64,000 bases of DNA from the NCBI GenBank assembly GCA_963801165.1, contig CAWDDT010000005.1, positions 480,001 through 544,000 of the forward strand, written 5' to 3'. Positions 9,383 through 18,162 of the stretch are shown here, piece by piece (position 1 is the first letter of the stretch; each line of letters begins with the position of its first letter). A model generated the notes under the pieces. It saw only the letters and a program-made list of their open reading frames with translations. It had not been told where the DNA came from and searched no databases. The DNA comes from an uncultured bacterium. Its GTDB lineage: Bacteria; Actinomycetota; Acidimicrobiia; Spongiisociales; UBA5794. Made by a program: the position numbers and the translations under genes.

Positions 9383-10281
9383 GTATGCACGAACACGACC
9401 AGGAACTGATCATGGCTCTCGCCGAGGGAACCCTCGACGAGGCTGCCGCCGCGGCAGCGCGCACCGAGATCAGCGCATGTGCCGGGTGCAGCCGCGACCT
9501 CGAGCTGCAACGCATCGCCATCACCGCGCTCGAGGACCTCCCGGCGGTATACCTCTCCGCGGCCGAGTCCTCCCGTCTCCACGACGCCCTGAAGCGGGAC
9601 CTCGACATGGCCACGCCGCAGACAGCCGCACGTCGGCGCATAATCGCCTGGGGTCGCTGGATCCCGGTCGCGGGCGTTGTTGCCGTCCTCTTGGTCGCCG
9701 TCCTGACGCTCCCCAACATGACCGGTGGCGACAACTCCACTGCGGACATGACCATGGCCGCCGCGGAGACAACCACAACCACTTCCATGACGGCGGAAGC
9801 GCAGGTACCGCGCGATGGAGCGACAGCAACGGGGTCCTCCTCCGACTACGCGGCCGCGCCCAACGCGGGCGGAACCGAGACAACGGCCGCCGCCGAGACG
9901 ACTCAGGACATGCTGGAGACAACGACCGCGGCCGGGCAGGACAGTGCCGAGCCTCTCCCCTATCTCGGCGAGGTTTCGGGCCTCGACTACGACCAGATCC
10001 TCGAACGCGTGGTAACAGAGATGGACGATCTACGGTTGCGATCCCTCGAAGCCCTGCGCTCAGACGGCGTGCTCGCCGAGTGTCTCGCAATCGATAGCTC
10101 CGAGTTCGCTCCCGAGTTCGGTCTTCCCGAGAACAGCACGCCGATCGCTCTCGGTGTCGTCACCGACACGACGGGCGAGGAGCTGGTCCTCGTCGCGTAC
10201 GTCCCTGAGGATGTCACACGGAGTGTCTTTGTGACGATGCGCAGCCCCGGCTGCGAGCTGGTCGCCACGCTGTTTCGCTAG
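9379..10281 (+). CDS. Putative anti-sigma factor (CxxC, TM helix, Thr/Ala-rich extracellular part)
   Basis: ATGA overlap with sigM; CAGC motif; single TM segment. Confidence 0.75.
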   Translation: MSMHEHDQELIMALAEGTLDEAAAAAARTEISACAGCSRDLELQRIAITALEDLPAVYLSAAESSRLHDALKRDLDMATPQTAARRRIIAWGRWIPVAGVVAVLLVAVLTLPNMTGGDNSTADMTMAAAETTTTTSMTAEAQVPRDGATATGSSSDYAAAPNAGGTETTAAAETTQDMLETTTAAGQDSAEPLPYLGEVSGLDYDQILERVVTEMDDLRLRSLEALRSDGVLAECLAIDSSEFAPEFGLPENSTPIALGVVTDTTGEELVLVAYVPEDVTRSVFVTMRSPGCELVATLFR

Positions 10282-10323
10282 ACCTGGTCGTACCTTGTCC
10301 GAGGCTGACTAATCTCAGTGGGG

Positions 10324-10611
10324 ATGAACGACTTTCCAACTCGAATCGCCGACTTCCTCGAAAATACCGCCGGCAAGATAAGGGCGATGACCGTCGACCG
10401 TGTCGCCGGATGGGCTAAGTGGACCGGGGTCGGCATCGTCGCTTCGCTGCTGGGTCTCGTGCTGACCATCTTTCTCGTAGTGGGATTGGTCCGGCTGCTT
10501 GCCGGGCTTGTGGGCATGCAATGGGCGTACACGATCATTGGGGGATTATTTGTGGCCGTCGGGATGTTCTTATGGAGACTCCGCATCCCGCGCGAGGCTT
10601 CACAGGACTGA
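10324..10611 (+). CDS. Small two-TM membrane protein
   Basis: Hydrophobic ORF in operon position before trxB. Confidence 0.65.
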   Translation: MNDFPTRIADFLENTAGKIRAMTVDRVAGWAKWTGVGIVASLLGLVLTIFLVVGLVRLLAGLVGMQWAYTIIGGLFVAVGMFLWRLRIPREASQD

Positions 10612-10626
10612 CGCACAAAGGACACA

Positions 10627-11550
10627 ATGATGACTGAGAAGGTCGTGATCATCGGCTCGGGCCCGGCAGGCCTGACTGCGGCGATCTATAACGCACGCGC
10701 CGATCTGCACCCTCTCATGATCGAGGGATTCGAGCGCGGCGGCCAGCTGATGCTCACCACCGATGTCGAGAACTACCCGGGCTACCCCGACGGCATCATG
10801 GGCCCGGAGCTGATGGAGAATCTGCACAAGCAGGCCGAGCGCTTCGGTACCCGGATCATGAGCTCGGATGTGACCAAGGTCGACTTCTCACAGCGGCCGT
10901 TCCGCATCTGGGTCGACGAGGATTCGTACGAGGCGGATTCGGTCATCATCTCGACCGGCGCTTCTGCGCGCTGGCTGGGGCTCGAGAGCGAGGCTCGTCT
11001 GCGTGGCCACGGGGTGTCCGCCTGTGCAACCTGTGACGGCTTCTTCTTCCGGGGCAAGGAGATCGCAGTGATCGGTGGCGGTGACAGTGCCGCCGAGGAG
11101 GCTCTGTTCCTAACCAAGTTCGCCTCCAAGGTGTACGTCATTCACCGCCGCGACGAGCTGCGGGCCTCCAAGATCATGGCAAATCGGCTCCTCACTCACG
11201 AGAAGGTCGAGATGGTCTGGGACACGGCTGTCGAGGAGGTCCTCGGCGACACCGCTGTGACCGGTTTGAAGCTCCGCAACACGAAGACCGGCGCACTGTC
11301 CGAGCTGGCAGTCGAGGGTATGTTCCTTGCCATCGGGCACACCCCCAATACGAAGGTGTTCCAGGGTCAGCTCGATCTCGACGAGAAGGGCTACATTCTC
11401 GTCGGAGACAACACCATGACCTCGGTGCCGGGTGTCTTTGCGGCGGGTGATGTCACAGATCACGTGTACCGTCAGGCCATCACGGCAGCCGGTATGGGAT
11501 GCCAGGCAGCCATCGATGTGGAGCGGTGGCTGGACGAACAGGAAGGTTGA
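10627..11550 (+). CDS. trxB: Thioredoxin-disulfide reductase
   Basis: IIGSGPAG, GGQL, CATCDGFFF, GGGDSA, AAGDV. Confidence 0.97.
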   Translation: MMTEKVVIIGSGPAGLTAAIYNARADLHPLMIEGFERGGQLMLTTDVENYPGYPDGIMGPELMENLHKQAERFGTRIMSSDVTKVDFSQRPFRIWVDEDSYEADSVIISTGASARWLGLESEARLRGHGVSACATCDGFFFRGKEIAVIGGGDSAAEEALFLTKFASKVYVIHRRDELRASKIMANRLLTHEKVEMVWDTAVEEVLGDTAVTGLKLRNTKTGALSELAVEGMFLAIGHTPNTKVFQGQLDLDEKGYILVGDNTMTSVPGVFAAGDVTDHVYRQAITAAGMGCQAAIDVERWLDEQEG

Positions 11551-11555
11551 GGCGT

Positions 11556-11882
11556 ATGGGCAACACGACAGTGACCGCGAACGATACGGGTTTCGCAGAT
11601 CTCATCAGCGGCGAGACCCCGGTTCTCGTTGACTTCTGGGCAGAGTGGTGCGGGCCGTGCAAGATGATGGAGGGCCCGCTGACTGAATTGGCCGGAGAGA
11701 AGGCGGGCAAGCTCACGATCGCCAAGCTGAACGTGGATGAGAACCCATCCACCGCAATGACGTATGAGGTCATGAGCATTCCGACAATGATCCTCTTCCG
11801 CAGCGGCGAAGAGCAAAAGCGATTCATCGGCGCCCGATCCAAGGGACAGCTCGAAGCGGAGCTCGCCGATTACATCGGTTGA
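11556..11882 (+). CDS. trxA: Thioredoxin
   Basis: VDFWAEWCGPC, SIPT. Confidence 0.97.
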   Translation: MGNTTVTANDTGFADLISGETPVLVDFWAEWCGPCKMMEGPLTELAGEKAGKLTIAKLNVDENPSTAMTYEVMSIPTMILFRSGEEQKRFIGARSKGQLEAELADYIG

Positions 11883-11907
11883 CCAGGCTTTGTGAGACGA
11901 TGGGGCC

Positions 11908-12873
11908 GTGAGGCTCTATCGACAAGGTGACGACGGAGAGGCGGTCCGGGATATCCAGGACCGTCTCGGCGCGCTCGGGTTCGACACCGAAGACGATCCC
12001 ACCGGGAGCTTCGGAGAGTCGACCTACCGCGCAGTCTCGGCCTTTCAGGCCAAGCGCGGGCTATGGGCGGACGGCATCGTTGGTCCCGATACATGGCGAG
12101 CCCTGGTCAGCGCCGGCTACACGCTCGGGAGCAGGATCCTCTATCACCGTGTCCCCATGATGGCCGGTGACGACGTGGCGGATTTGCAGCGTCAGCTCAA
12201 CTCGCTCGGTTTCGACTCCGGAAACGTCGACGGCATTTTCGGCCCGGATACCCTGCGCGGGCTCCTTGCGTTTCAGTCCAACCGGGGTTTGGCCGAGGAC
12301 GGTTTGGCCGGTACCGAGGTGATCGCCGAACTGGCTCTGATGTCCCGCGCAACGGCTAAGCACGGCCGCGAAGCGGTACGAGGCCGCCAATGGCTGGAGA
12401 ATCTTCCCAGGTCGGTGGCGGGGCAGCGAATATACATCGACGCCTTCTGCAGAGACGATCAGGAAGCTGCCATAACGTGGGGGCCTAGTGTTCTTCTCTC
12501 CAGCATCATCCAGTCGCACGGCGCCACTGTGTTTCTTTCCCGCAGCATCGATACCTCCCCAGGCGAGCGGGTGCGGGCGTTGCGAGCCAACCGTCTCGGT
12601 GTCGATCTGATCGTGTCGATTTGTGCTGCCCGCGAGGTAGCTGCGGTCCACTTCTTTGCGTCCGAGATGAGCCGATCCACTGCCGGCGAGGCCGTGGCCG
12701 GCAGTATCGCCGGACGACTCGGTTTGCCCACTGGTGGGCTGGCCATCCCGATACTCAAGAACACCCGCGCCGCCTGCGTTGTCGTCGCTCTGGTTGCGTT
12801 CTCGGTGGCGGACACAACGGCCATCGCCCAGGGCGTCCTCGACGTATATGCGACGGATTGGTCTACCCGTTGA
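11908..12873 (+). CDS. cwlM: CwlM-like protein: two peptidoglycan-binding domains plus degenerate Amidase_3 domain
   Basis: Two PG_binding_1 repeats (GEAVRDIQDRL...DGIVGPDTW; GDDVADLQRQL...DGIFGPDT); ERVRALRAN; synteny after trxA. Confidence 0.78.
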   Translation: MRLYRQGDDGEAVRDIQDRLGALGFDTEDDPTGSFGESTYRAVSAFQAKRGLWADGIVGPDTWRALVSAGYTLGSRILYHRVPMMAGDDVADLQRQLNSLGFDSGNVDGIFGPDTLRGLLAFQSNRGLAEDGLAGTEVIAELALMSRATAKHGREAVRGRQWLENLPRSVAGQRIYIDAFCRDDQEAAITWGPSVLLSSIIQSHGATVFLSRSIDTSPGERVRALRANRLGVDLIVSICAAREVAAVHFFASEMSRSTAGEAVAGSIAGRLGLPTGGLAIPILKNTRAACVVVALVAFSVADTTAIAQGVLDVYATDWSTR

Positions 12874-12897
12874 CGGGGGATGTCATGACCGGGGAAG

Positions 12898-13746
12898 TCA
12901 GTTGAGCAAGTGGTAGATCCGCTCCAGATCATCGAGAGACGCATATCTGATCGAGACCTTGCCTCCGCGTTTTCCGTGATCGATCTTGACCGCCGTCCCC
13001 AGCCGCTCACCTAGCCGATCCTCTAACTCGATGATCGCAGCGGGCCGCGGTGGCGGAACCGCGGTGGCGCTGGGCCGCCTCTCCCCTGCCCTCTTCTTGA
13101 CCGCCTCCTCCACCTGGCGCACCGACCAGCCCTCGGCGACGACCCGTTCCGCGATGTGAACCGCATAGGAGGCATCCTCGAGACCAAGCAGAGCGCGGGC
13201 GTGCCCGGCGTTGAGGTCGCCCCGGTTGATCATTCCCTGGATCTGCACCGGCAGCTGGAGCAGCCGTAGCGTGTTGGTCACAGCACTACGGCTCTTCCCG
13301 ACCCGGACGGCAACCTGATCGTGCGTAAGACCAAAATCTGCCAGTAGTTGCTGGTAGGCGGCTCCTTCTTCGAGCGGCGACAGGTCCTCGCGCTGAAGGT
13401 TCTCGATGAGGGCTTCCGCCAGGCTGGTCGCCTCGTCAATACCCTCGTCTCTGATCAGCGCCGGGATCTCCTCGAGACCGGCAAGTTGGGCGGCGCGACA
13501 CCGTCGCTCGCCGGCAATCAGGATGTAGCCCTCCTCACTCGGTCGAACCACGACCGGCTGGAGAACACCGACTTCCCTGATCGAGTCGGCCATCGACCCA
13601 AGCGAGGTATCGTCGAACCGTTGCCGCGGCTGCTGTGGATTTGGTCGGATTTGATCAACCGGGAGTGATGCATATCCGCTGGTTGGCCTCTCGACAGGTA
13701 TGAGCGAATCGAGCCCACGGCCCAGTCCGCCTTTACGTGCGGCCAT
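12898..13746 (-). CDS. parB: Chromosome partitioning protein ParB
   Basis: GLGRGLDSLI, PNPQQPR, IAGERRCRA, IENLQREDL, HTH GKSRSAVTNTLRLL. Confidence 0.96.
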   Translation of the reverse strand: MAARKGGLGRGLDSLIPVERPTSGYASLPVDQIRPNPQQPRQRFDDTSLGSMADSIREVGVLQPVVVRPSEEGYILIAGERRCRAAQLAGLEEIPALIRDEGIDEATSLAEALIENLQREDLSPLEEGAAYQQLLADFGLTHDQVAVRVGKSRSAVTNTLRLLQLPVQIQGMINRGDLNAGHARALLGLEDASYAVHIAERVVAEGWSVRQVEEAVKKRAGERRPSATAVPPPRPAAIIELEDRLGERLGTAVKIDHGKRGGKVSIRYASLDDLERIYHLLN

Positions 13747-14509
13747 GACGCCTCCTGAACTCACGGGCCAGCTCTCTGTAGGCGATGGCTCCACGTGACA
13801 TGGGGTCAAATGCCTCGATCGGCTCTCCATACGACGGAGCCTCCGACAGACGAACGGTCCTGGGGATTACGGTACGGTACGTCGTTTCGCCAAAGTGGTC
13901 GCGTACCTGGCTGACCACATCGGCAGACAGGGTCGTTCTGCCGTCGTACATGGTCAGGAGAACACCCTCAACCTCCAGTTGAGGGTTTAGGCTTTGTTTG
14001 ACCAGGTCCACATTTCGTTTCAGCTGACTCACTCCCTCCAATGCGTAGTATTCGCACTGGATCGGTATCAGCACCTCATCTGCCGCAGCCAGCCCATTGA
14101 TGGTGAGCAGGCCGAGAGAGGGCGGACAGTCGATGAGGATGAAGTCATATTCGGGAACCATGGATTTGAGCGCTTGAGCCAACCTCTTCTCACGTGAGAA
14201 GAGGGATACCAGCTCGATCTCAGCTCCCGCAAGGTCGATCGTCGCCGGTACAATGTGAAGGTTCCGCACTGAGGTTGGCTCGACAACATCCTCGAGCGGT
14301 ACGTCGTCGATCATCGCTTCGTAGGTCGAATACTCGAGTGCGCCACGATCGATCCCAAGGCCGGACGTTGTATTGCCCTGTGGATCGAGATCAACCAGCA
14401 GGACGCGCTCGCCCTGTATGGCCAACCCGGCGCCAAGATTGATGGCGGTGGTCGACTTGCCCACGCCGCCCTTCTGGTTCGCAATCGCAACGATAGTTGC
14501 GTCGGCCAT
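13733..14509 (-). CDS. parA: Chromosome partitioning ATPase ParA/Soj
   Basis: NQKGGVGKSTT, DLDPQGN, IDCPPSLG, QCEYYALEG. Confidence 0.96.
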   Translation of the reverse strand: MADATIVAIANQKGGVGKSTTAINLGAGLAIQGERVLLVDLDPQGNTTSGLGIDRGALEYSTYEAMIDDVPLEDVVEPTSVRNLHIVPATIDLAGAEIELVSLFSREKRLAQALKSMVPEYDFILIDCPPSLGLLTINGLAAADEVLIPIQCEYYALEGVSQLKRNVDLVKQSLNPQLEVEGVLLTMYDGRTTLSADVVSQVRDHFGETTYRTVIPRTVRLSEAPSYGEPIEAFDPMSRGAIAYRELAREFRRRHGRT

Positions 14510-14522
14510 GAAGTCTCCTCGG

Positions 14523-15149
14523 CTAAGTTGCCTCAATCCTAAGGAGAGTTGCGTCAGTGTCAAGGACCCGGGCAGGAATTCGAAGGAGCGTGATCCGGAG
14601 CCCGTCTGATTCTTCGGGCAAATTTGGTGGCCTAGCGCTTGTCGACAGCCCGATGTTTGCGACTCCCCCGGGTACAAGCAGGCGTTTCACGTGAATCATG
14701 ATCTCCTCGGGTGGCATAGCGGCTCTTGACACGAGACGCTCGTACTTGTCCTCGACATTGCGAATGTCCAGGTTGACGACACGGCAGTTTTCAAGACCGA
14801 GAATCAGACTTGCCCGTCTGGCAAGGTCGGTACGGCGGCGAGACCGGTCGACAAGCACAAAAGCGATCGCGGGATACGCAATGGCGAGCGGTATTCCGGG
14901 TAGTCCCACACCGCTCCCCACATCGAGACACGCTCCTGTGCCCGCCAGCCCATGACCAAACACGAGCGAGTCGGCTATGTGTCTGCTCCAGAGACGGTGC
15001 TCTTCGTTCGGCCCGATCCCGCCGGCCACGAGCGCCTCGTCACGCAGCCAGGCGTGGTACGTCTCCAGCTGCTCCACTTGTGCAGCACCGAGATCGACAC
15101 CGGCGTAACCGGCGGCAGCAAGCACCATCCCAAACGAATCAGCCCCCAT
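14523..15149 (-). CDS. rsmG: 16S rRNA m7G527 methyltransferase
   Basis: RHIADSL, LDVGSGVGLPGIPLAI, VSRA; synteny. Confidence 0.92.
   Translation of the reverse strand: MGADSFGMVLAAAGYAGVDLGAAQVEQLETYHAWLRDEALVAGGIGPNEEHRLWSRHIADSLVFGHGLAGTGACLDVGSGVGLPGIPLAIAYPAIAFVLVDRSRRRTDLARRASLILGLENCRVVNLDIRNVEDKYERLVSRAAMPPEEIMIHVKRLLVPGGVANIGLSTSARPPNLPEESDGLRITLLRIPARVLDTDATLLRIEAT
14683..14698. promoter_or_regulatory. parS site (imperfect)
   Basis: CGTTTCACGTGAATCA, 2 mismatches to TGTTTCACGTGAAACA, inside rsmG. Confidence 0.7.
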
Positions 15150-15164
15150 GTTCCACGTGAAACA
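15149..15164. promoter_or_regulatory. parS site
   Basis: TGTTCCACGTGAAACA, embedded in a longer inverted repeat (15141-15172) at the rsmG start. Confidence 0.9.
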
Positions 15165-15180
15165 TGGGGGCTGCAAGCAA

Positions 15181-15218
15181 CGCTGTCTCAGTCATCTGGC
15201 GCTGTCTCAGTCATCTGG
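15181..15218. repeat. 19-bp tandem duplication covering the jag stop codon
   Basis: CGCTGTCTCAGTCATCTGG x2. Confidence 0.9.
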
Positions 15219-16055
15219 TGCTACGACAACCGATCGGTTTGGCTCTTCGCCCTCCGAATAGGAACGCACGCCGTCGATCTCGGCGATTGCATCGTGGACA
15301 ACCTTGCGATCCGCCGCATTCATTGCCTCGAGCATTGCTTCGCGACCGTCCTCGATAACCGTCTCGGCGAGACGCCCTGCGTAGATCTTGAGCGCTTCGC
15401 GTCGGCGGGCCGCATAGCCGGCGATGTCGAGTCTGATCCGCGGCGCTCCAAATGTCTTCCTCTGTATCACCGTGCGTGTCAGCTCGTGTACCGCCTGGAC
15501 AACCGCACCCTTCCGTCCCACCAGCGCTTCGGTCTGCTCACCCTCGATATCAATATAGAGAACGTCGTCCTCCACCCTTGTATTGACAGTCCCCTCCAGA
15601 CCAAACGCTTTCAGTAGACCCTCGGCGAACTCCCGCGCAACGTCAGCCTGCTCTTCGATGTTTGCGTTTCGATCTGGCTTTGTATCCACGGCAACCTTCT
15701 TCGGTGCACCCTTTTCCTGTCGATTCTCCTGTCGATTCGAGCTCTTGTTCCTCGGCTCGTTTCGGTCTCCGGGTCTTGGTCGGCGCTTGTTCCCGTCCCC
15801 GGTCCTGTCGCTCTTGTTGTCCTTGTCTACACGGTCTGGCTTCCCGTCGCGCACCTTTCCTCGACGTCGTCTCTTCTTCTGCGGCTTGACGGTGACTTTC
15901 ACCTTCGCCTCACGCCCCCCTAGACCAAGGATACTCTTCTTCCCCTCATCAATTACTTCGATATCAACGGCTTCTCTCGAGGTCTGCTCCAGGGCACGCA
16001 TGGCTGCATTGACCGCTTCCTCGACAGTCTTGCCGACCGCCTCGACCCACTCCAT
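15207..16055 (-). CDS. khpB: Jag/KhpB/EloR RNA-binding protein
   Basis: Jag-N (GKTVEEAV), KH (LVGRKG), R3H (DRKVVH, SEGEEPNRSVV). Confidence 0.93.
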   Translation of the reverse strand: MEWVEAVGKTVEEAVNAAMRALEQTSREAVDIEVIDEGKKSILGLGGREAKVKVTVKPQKKRRRRGKVRDGKPDRVDKDNKSDRTGDGNKRRPRPGDRNEPRNKSSNRQENRQEKGAPKKVAVDTKPDRNANIEEQADVAREFAEGLLKAFGLEGTVNTRVEDDVLYIDIEGEQTEALVGRKGAVVQAVHELTRTVIQRKTFGAPRIRLDIAGYAARRREALKIYAGRLAETVIEDGREAMLEAMNAADRKVVHDAIAEIDGVRSYSEGEEPNRSVVVAPDD

Positions 16056-16057
16056 AC

Positions 16058-16939
16058 CTACTTCCTCCTGCGCCGATTGCGCTTCTTACTGGCATTCGGT
16101 GACGGTCCACTCGGCTTGGGATCCGGGGGAGTGTCGTCATCACCCTTGGCGGGTTTTCCGCCTGAGCCGCCGCTGCCATCACCATCCATTCGGAAAATGA
16201 GAGCCTGCTGACCAACACGGAAGAGATTCGAGACCGCAAAATAGAGGACCAGACCCATCGGGAACCCCCATGAGATGAATCCCATGAACAGCGGCATGAT
16301 CCGCGTCACCATTTGCATCTGCTGGCCCTGCTTCGTATCTCCCTGGTTGCTCCCTTTGGTACGACGGCTGGTCTGATAGGTTTGGTAAAAACTGGATGCC
16401 ACCACGATGAGGACCAGCAAAATGGCGGGGATCGCCTTTGCCAGACCTTGCGTCGAGGCGCTCGACGGAGACTGCAACATGTCGAGCGACAGGAACGAGG
16501 TACTTGCATCGTGGGTCAGCAGCGCGTGAGCGAGGGTCGAATCCGGCGGGATTATGTCCGTGTAGTTGAGCACCGGCGGGGTAGCGGTGGTGGGGCCCAC
16601 CCGGAAAACCCTGTAGAGGGCGAACCAGATAGGCATCTGGAGCAGCAATGGCAAACAGCCGGCGGCCGGGTTGATGCCGCGCTCCTGGTAGAGCGCCATC
16701 ATCTGCTTGTTCATCTCTTCCCGGTCGTCTTTGAACTCCTTCTGGAGCCGCTTGATCTCGGGTTGGATCTCCTGCATCGTCTTCATCGACCGCGTCTGTT
16801 TGAGCGTCAACGGAAACAGGAGGAGGCTCACCATGAGGGTGAGCAGAATGATGGCCAGCCCGTAGTTGTGGGGCCAGACGTCGTAGAGAATGGACATCAG
16901 ATTGCCCAGCGGGGGAGCGAGGATGGTGAAGGGGTTCAC
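16058..16939 (-). CDS. yidC: Membrane protein insertase YidC
   Basis: YGLAIILLT, MQEIQPEI, GINPAAGCLPLLLQMP, GLVLYFAVSN. Confidence 0.95.
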   Translation of the reverse strand: MNPFTILAPPLGNLMSILYDVWPHNYGLAIILLTLMVSLLLFPLTLKQTRSMKTMQEIQPEIKRLQKEFKDDREEMNKQMMALYQERGINPAAGCLPLLLQMPIWFALYRVFRVGPTTATPPVLNYTDIIPPDSTLAHALLTHDASTSFLSLDMLQSPSSASTQGLAKAIPAILLVLIVVASSFYQTYQTSRRTKGSNQGDTKQGQQMQMVTRIMPLFMGFISWGFPMGLVLYFAVSNLFRVGQQALIFRMDGDGSGGSGGKPAKGDDDTPPDPKPSGPSPNASKKRNRRRRK

Positions 16940-16951
16940 GTTTGCATTGCC

Positions 16952-17215
16952 TTATGCGGTTGAGGTTTCTTCAGAAGACCGATGCGGTGGTACCGGATCG
17001 TAGCCGCCGTCATGCCAGGGATGACATCGGCCGATGCGCTTGACGGCCAGCAACCCGCCCCGGAACAGCCCATGGATGCGAAACGCCTCCTGGGCGTACT
17101 CCGAGCAGGTCGGGCGGTAGCGACAGTTGGAGCGCAGCAACGGCGAGATGAAGCGCCGGTATCCACCGATCAGCTTCATCGCCCAGAAAGACGGATGATA
17201 CGGCCTCGGATTCAT
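16952..17215 (-). CDS. yidD: Membrane protein insertion efficiency factor YidD
   Basis: [32 protein letters not shown]. Confidence 0.93.
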   Translation of the reverse strand: MNPRPYHPSFWAMKLIGGYRRFISPLLRSNCRYRPTCSEYAQEAFRIHGLFRGGLLAVKRIGRCHPWHDGGYDPVPPHRSSEETSTA

Positions 17216-17553
17216 CGTGCTTCTCCCGCCAAAGTCATCTTCTCCAAACAGCGCTCGATCCATCCAACCAGCCGGCCGAACTCTGCCTCGAGCACGCCCT
17301 TGTCGGCGACAAGCACATACACGGTATCGCTTTCCAGCCGGCTCTGCGCTATCGCAGCCCGGAGCCGTCTCTTGGCGCGGTTCCTCGCCACCGCCCGGCC
17401 CACCTTCCTGCCCGCAACAAAGCCCACCATCGGTGGCCCCGGCGGTCCGGGGGCCACTATCAACGTGAGGGCGCCACAACGCCGGCGCGCTCCCTCTCGG
17501 TAGGCAGCTTGAAACTGGCTGCCTTTCCTCAAAGAGCGGTACGGGCGCCCCAG
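17212..17553 (-). CDS. rnpA: Ribonuclease P protein component (probable CTG start)
   Basis: RNR motif [24 protein letters not shown] lies 6 nt before an in-frame CTG at 17553; alternative start is TTG at 17532. Confidence 0.9.
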   Translation of the reverse strand: MGRPYRSLRKGSQFQAAYREGARRRCGALTLIVAPGPPGPPMVGFVAGRKVGRAVARNRAKRRLRAAIAQSRLESDTVYVLVADKGVLEAEFGRLVGWIERCLEKMTLAGEAR

Positions 17554-17567
17554 TTCTGGCCTCCTAA

Positions 17568-17702
17568 TCAGGCGGAGACGCGATGGCGGCCCTTGAGCCG
17601 GCGCCGCTTGATGACAGCTCGGCCGGCGCGGGTTCGCATGCGGCTGCGGAACCCATGCTTCCTCTTGCGGCGTCGCTGATTTGGTTGGTAAGTGTGCTTC
17701 AT
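17568..17702 (-). CDS. rpmH: 50S ribosomal protein L34 (too short for the ORF track)
   Basis: Manual translation: [44 protein letters not shown]. Confidence 0.97.
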   Translation of the reverse strand: MKHTYQPNQRRRKRKHGFRSRMRTRAGRAVIKRRRLKGRHRVSA

Positions 17703-18098
17703 GACAGAGAATCCCAATCAGAGGGGTTGCGGAGTAAAGCTGTAGGTTATGAACGGGCTCGTCGGATTGTCAAAGGAGGGGAGCCATGTTCGACACCATC
17801 CTTCCCTGTTGCCCGGCACCAGTCGCGAAAAGAAGCCTTCATCCGCGAAAGAAAGAAAAGCGCGGAAAGCGGCGCGACCGCCGTAATCCGGGCGGTTGAG
17901 GGCCTCATGACACCTCTCGTAATCTCCTGTGTCACAACCGATTATCCGAACCAGCACTCGGGAGCCGGCATGACGCTAGTCACGCTTTTGGCGTTCTTGA
18001 ACACCCCCGGCGACATCCCATATACTCGCTCGGCGGGCTGGCGCACCAACCCACAACTTTCCCAGGGCTTTTGATACATATGCGCGCTTGCACGTGTC

Positions 18099-18131
18099 TT
18101 CTCCACAGCATGTGGATAGATATGTGGATGG
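18099..18131. promoter_or_regulatory. DnaA box cluster upstream of dnaA
   Basis: TTCTCCACA (18099), TGTGGATAG (18111), TGTGGATGG (18123). Confidence 0.75.
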
Positions 18132-18162
18132 CGCCGGGCAAGAGGGATGGCGTGTTCTGGTA

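Noticed and set aside
13788-13803. Additional parS at GCTCCACGTGACA in parA
   Set aside because: Too many mismatches outside the CACGTG core.
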